Source: Bugula neritina (lineage: Eukaryota; Animalia; Bryozoa). From it: a stretch of DNA of 64,000 nt. A program made the translations under genes and the position numbers. The notes under the pieces were generated by a model. It saw only the letters and a program-made list of their open reading frames with translations. It made no database searches and was not told the DNA's origin. Positions 59,072 through 64,000 of this stretch are shown here, one piece after another (the stretch's first letter is position 1; the number at the start of each line of letters is the position of its first letter). The stretch lies in the NCBI GenBank assembly GCA_964035545.1, contig OZ037770.1, positions 62,001 through 126,000 on the forward strand, written 5' to 3'.

Positions 59072-59146
59072 GTGGACTATGGTGTAATTGGCTTGGAGCG
59101 CCTGCTTGCAAGAGTGGAGGTCTGTGGTTTGAATCCCAGTATGCGC
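59072..59146 (+). pseudogene. tRNA-like sequence (pseudo-tRNA or SINE head)
   Basis: A-box TGGTGTAATTGG and B-box GGTTTGAATCCC at tRNA spacing; acceptor and anticodon stems mismatched. Confidence 0.5.
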
Positions 59147-61210
59147 AATTATTTTACAATACACAATAAAGTTATTATAATTATTTGAATGGAAATAAGT
59201 GAGTTGATACCAAGATGAGAATTGCGGTTGTATTTTATTCCTTGTAGGCGATTGGTCTATAATATTATAATAGATTATTTGTTACAGACGGAGCACTGCA
59301 TGCGTGACACAAAAGCACGTGCTCAGTTACGGACGACTAGGTGCAGGCGTTGCAACGAGGTCATCAGTTAGCTGTTCAGCTTCACTAACTAAACCAATGG
59401 TCAAGTAACTGGGTGCAGAAGTAGTTTCAAGCTCTAATTGGTCGATATCAACTTTAAGGTAAATAATAATTTATTATAGTTATAGGATATAGCCTATATA
59501 AATATGATACCCACAGTAACAATAACATATAATACTAATGATAGTAGACGTAATTGTAGTAGGTACAATAGTAATACTACTAGTGATACTAATAAGTAAT
59601 AAGCAATAGTATTACTATTAGTATATTAGTCATGTCGATGTTCATGTACATGTTACAAGAAAGAGAAATGAAAATGCAGAATGAAAAGTAAAACATGTGT
59701 GGTGGCTCACGGATTTTATATGTATATAGAAAAGGGGGGGCGGAGTTTGCCCGTTCCCTCCTTTGAATAATTAAAGATAGTCATGGCGTTTCCACTGAGC
59801 TGGAATAAATTAATATTATTAATATAATTAATATTATAATTAAAATAATTAATATTATTGAGTTCATTGGGCGTTTCTACTCCCCCCCCACCACGCCAAG
59901 TGGTTAGTGGCATGATTATTGCTGAACCTCCAATCAGAATGGGGATCTTAATTAGATCATGAGGGATAATCTTCTCCTGCTCCAGCTATGAGCAGCTAGC
60001 TAGACAAAGAGTGAACACTTGTGTATAGCGTACAAAATATACTATATTATTCTCCCGAGACAAACCTGTGAAGTCGATTGTGTAACTTCAAGTAATGCAC
60101 TGAAAGGATCTTACACCTTACCCACAATAACATACAGAAAAATATAACACATGCACCTTATTTTTAATTTCTGGAATTTTCTAGCTTTTCTAGTATCAGA
60201 AAGTATAGATTGTATGGCAGTAGTTACTAAGCCCCATAATCAGATCTTCCCAGCTTGAAGTCAAACTATATCTCTGTTACAGCAGAACATTGCCCGGCTT
60301 GCAGCTAGAAAGCCAAACTAACTATTGTCGTCTGCTTTTTAGCTTCATCGAGTGCATACGCGAATGGATCACGTGGCTAAATTAGTCAACTCCGATGAAG
60401 TTTGTCCACGTGATTGCTGCAATATTTAAGTTACTGGCAGTTGATTTATTTGTTGGACCGTCATTATTGAAAGTTGAAGACCTCAAAAAGTCTCTTAAAA
60501 TTTGAATTCAATAATGGCTTTTTACAGATATGTTGGTAAATGCCATGAAATTAAGTTTTGTTTCCATCTTGATCTGCCACGTGCAGATTTTGTTGCCTCT
60601 TATATAATCGGAATTTATTATTAACTTGTCTATGGTTTAGGTTGCCACTTTTATTTTTTGATAATATATTTCAGTCATTCAACTCCAAAAATAATATGTT
60701 GCATATGTTAGCTCTGAATGTGTAGACTATTATCATGACCTGTGACCAACAAAAAATGTTGAAACATCAAAATTATTTCAGACTACACAGTTTTTATTTA
60801 GCTGCAGAAGTTGACACATGGCTGCACACTGTGTAGGCACTTGGCATTGAATATGTTTCAATGAGAGTTTGGATTTATTCACGCAGACTGAAATCTAGTG
60901 CTTCCAGTATATACATTATGAGTTGCTGTAGAGTGTAGAGCACAGGAATTTCAATTTTTATTATAAATATAGTTCTAATATGAATATATCATTCCCAACT
61001 ATATGTATAAAAATACAAACTATGTTGTGATTGCAAGAACATGTTTTTGCAGCCATACATGGGTTAAGAGACACTCAATGAACAGTAGTAGAGTTCTCAC
61101 GAAATAACATTTTAGCAGCAAAAAAACATTACTACTTCTACTATAAACATGGTGGACAGTAAACCACAGATCAGCTAATCTTGCATACAATGTAGACTGT
61201 GCTCTAGAGT

Positions 61211-61745
61211 TCAGCTAGCCCGGTCTTTAGGATAAGCTCTGCTCACAGTAGTGAAGCTACTACCACGAGTTCGAGACTTGCCGGGAGCGTACGCTGCATG
61301 CACCATCGATAGTCTGACGGGAGAAGGTGAGCGATCTTCTGCTGTCAAGATTGCCGGGTATCCCTGCAGAGTCATGTCTGCTGAGTTCACGTCTGCCCTC
61401 TGGAGATGACCTTGACTTTGAAGGACGCGACTTGTGGCTACGTCGGATCTACAAGAGAGAGAATACTTTACTTGCTGAACTACTACTACTACTACTACTA
61501 CTACTACCACTACCACTACCACTACCACTACCACTACCACTACCACTACCACTACCACTACTACTACTACTACTCACTACTACTACTACTACTACTACTA
61601 CTCACTACTACTACTACTACCACTCACTACTACTACCACTACCACTCACTACTACTACTACTACTACTACCACTACCACTACTACTACCTCTACTACTAG
61701 TACTACTACCACTACTACCACTACTACTACCACTACCACTACCAG

Positions 61746-61804
<59 letters not shown>

Positions 61805-63758
61805 GTACTACCACTACTAGTACTACTACTACTACTACTAGTACTACTACCACCACTAAAAATAAACCAAATAGTCACCTGATTGTATATAAAGGTGGCA
61901 GTAATGGAGTCTTTGGTCTGAACTCTCTTAACTCTCGAAGTATCTGTTCTGGTGTTTTCCAATCCGGTACGGCAGACTGTACCTCGATAGTCGCTGTTTG
62001 CTGTGGGACTCCTGAGATTTGCTGCGGCCCTGTGTCTGCTGCTGTGCCTGCAGTTGTTCCTCTGCAATAGCAAACTTATAAAAATTAACCGATTACAATA
62101 AAATATGTTACAACATGACTAGCAGTGTACATCACATGACTAGCAGTGTACATCACATGACTAGTTGTGTGTATCACATGACTAGCAGTGTGTATCACAT
62201 GACTAGTTGTGTGTATCACATGACTAGTTGTGTGTATCACATGACTAGCAGTGTGTATCACATGACTAGCTGTGTGTATCACATGACTAGTTGTGTGTAT
62301 CACATGACTAGCTGTGTGTATCACATGACTAGCAGTGTGTATCACATGACTAGCTGTGTGTATCACATGACTAGTTGTGTGTATCACATGACTAGTTGTG
62401 TATATCACATGACTAGCTGTGTGTATCACATGACTAGCTGTGTGTATCACATGACTAGCTGTGTGTATCACATGACTAGCTGTGTGTTTCACAGTCTCTT
62501 ACAGAGACTCCGTGAGTCAGAAATGAAAAGTAGTGAGTTGTGAGCAGCTCAAGACGTCTGCTAGAGTAGGAAGTGTTCATGAGAAATGAATAGGTCAAGG
62601 TCAATGATGTGATAGTCCTGTGTAACTCACGAGTAACTCAACTCACCAGCATTGTAATGAAACCAAGACACTAACAGTTATAATTCACAGCCAACTTAGG
62701 GAAAGGAAAGCAGCAGAGGCAGGAGTAAGGTCACCTGAGTGACCTGTGCTGGACAAGCAGAAGATAATGAAAAGACAGCTACTATTCCATGCTGCATGAT
62801 AATACATAAAAGTATGGCAGTTTCAAATAATAAGTATATTGAGAAAGTAACAAAGTGTGCTGAGTGCACTCACTGCAACCAGAAGCTTTAAGACATACAG
62901 TGACAAACCGGAAGTGAGAGATATTCTAAAGAATTGATACCTTGGGGTTGGCGGGTTGGAGACTATCAGGGTGACTGTGTATACATATTAATACAGTGAT
63001 AAGCATCAGTACTATCACTAGTAACTGTTGTAACTACTACTAGTACTACTGTTATATAACTACTACTAGTACTACTGTTATATAACTACTACTAGTACTA
63101 CTGTTATGTAACTACTACTAGTACTACTGTTATGTAACTACTACTAGTACTACAGTTATATAACTACTACTAGTACTACTGTTATATAACTACTACTAGT
63201 ACTACTGTTATATAACTACTACTAGTACTACTGTTATATAACTACTACTAGTACTACTGTTATATAACTACTACTAGTACTACTGTTATATAACTACTAC
63301 TAGTACTACTGTTATATAACTACTACTAGTACTACTAACACCGCTGCTACTAGATTGATCTCTTCTAAAACAAGACAGACTAGAGTGACTAAAAACTATA
63401 AACTAGACAGAAAGCTACCTTCTGTTGTAAGCAGCCAACCTCACCAGTTATCTGATAGCATTTAAGTCCAGGATCAAACAGGTGGTTAAAGCTAGTAGTT
63501 TGCTAACTCAATCATAAAGTCACTGAGTCATTCAGTTATAGTCACTGAGCTATTCAGTCATAGAGTCACTTAGTTACTTACTCATTGAGTCACTGAGTTA
63601 CTCAGTCATAAAGTCACTGAGTCAGTCAGTCACTACTGTGTCGTTAGTCACTACTTAGTTAGTCACTACTGGGTTACTTTAGTTAGTGCACTCACTCGCA
63701 TACTTTTAGTCTCTTACTTTTAGCCGAGATCAATCTGAGTAGCCTCAATGATGCAGAC
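61211..63758 (-). CDS. 3' exons of an unidentified protein-coding gene (5' end beyond the window)
   Basis: GT-AG exons 63696-63758, possibly 62941-62974 and 62735-62748, then 61879-62061 and 61211-61448; a phase-2 chain reads SASLRLLRLISAKSKRLKVC...VPDWKTPEQILRELREFRPKTPLLPPLYTIRSDVATSRVLQ...DRAS*; no family recognised. Confidence 0.5.
61479..61857. repeat. (ACT/ACC)n microsatellite filling an intron
   Basis: Direct reading. Confidence 0.9.
62113..62487. repeat. 21-bp minisatellite
   Basis: gtgtatcacatgactagctgt tandem array. Confidence 0.95.
63030..63337. repeat. 26-bp palindromic minisatellite
   Basis: tactactagtactactgttatataac tandem array. Confidence 0.95.
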
Positions 63759-64000
63759 CTAAATATAGATTAGAGTGAGTCAAATTAGAAGCGGTTAAAT
63801 GACTAACTACTATCACTGTCAGTATAATCAGTCTCTCTACTTCCCACTATCACTAACACTCTCACTATCACTATCATTACTGTGAGCACCACCAACCTCA
63901 ACTCTCACTACTACTACTACCTCCACTCTCACTATTACTTCTACCTCCACTCTCACTATTACTTATTATATCCACTATTACACTATTACTTCTATTCCGA

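Noticed and set aside
60200-61068. piggyBac-like right end (CATGGG-TTAA at about 61058-61067)
   Set aside because: No matching TTAA-CCC left terminus found; only a weak tgtatggc match near 60211.

Overview
AT-rich eukaryotic (metazoan invertebrate) genomic DNA with GT-AG spliced genes, all on the minus strand: the 5' part of a neuron navigator (unc-53/sickie/NAV) gene (640-15503, continuing off the left edge), a MADF + AT-hook transcription factor (25293-28085), an RGLG/copine-type VWA protein with an N-terminal membrane anchor (30606-41806), an SLC16/monocarboxylate transporter (44193-48451) and the 3' end of an unidentified gene (61211-63758). Mobile elements: an intact Gypsy LTR retrotransposon with the Gmr1-type PR-INT-RT-RH order (31041-36720, inside a copine intron), an intact BEL/Pao element (49656-58127), a 3.2-kb TIR DNA element of unassigned superfamily (21017-24235) and a 5'-truncated LINE. 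The most striking structure is that most of the long introns, and several intergenic stretches, carry their own private minisatellite. In at least five cases the repeat unit spans the exon-intron junction, giving ladders of 6 to about 32 near-identical splice donors or acceptors; one ladder has 27 in-frame donors. Other notable points: a candidate 3-nt microexon in NAV, strand-flipping palindromic arrays, a 1120-bp higher-order intronic satellite, and all three large transposons inserted inside simple repeats. Most long ORFs in the ORF track are translations of these repeats. Exon models were built by eye from splice signals, phase continuity and recalled family motifs; no database or RNA evidence was available.
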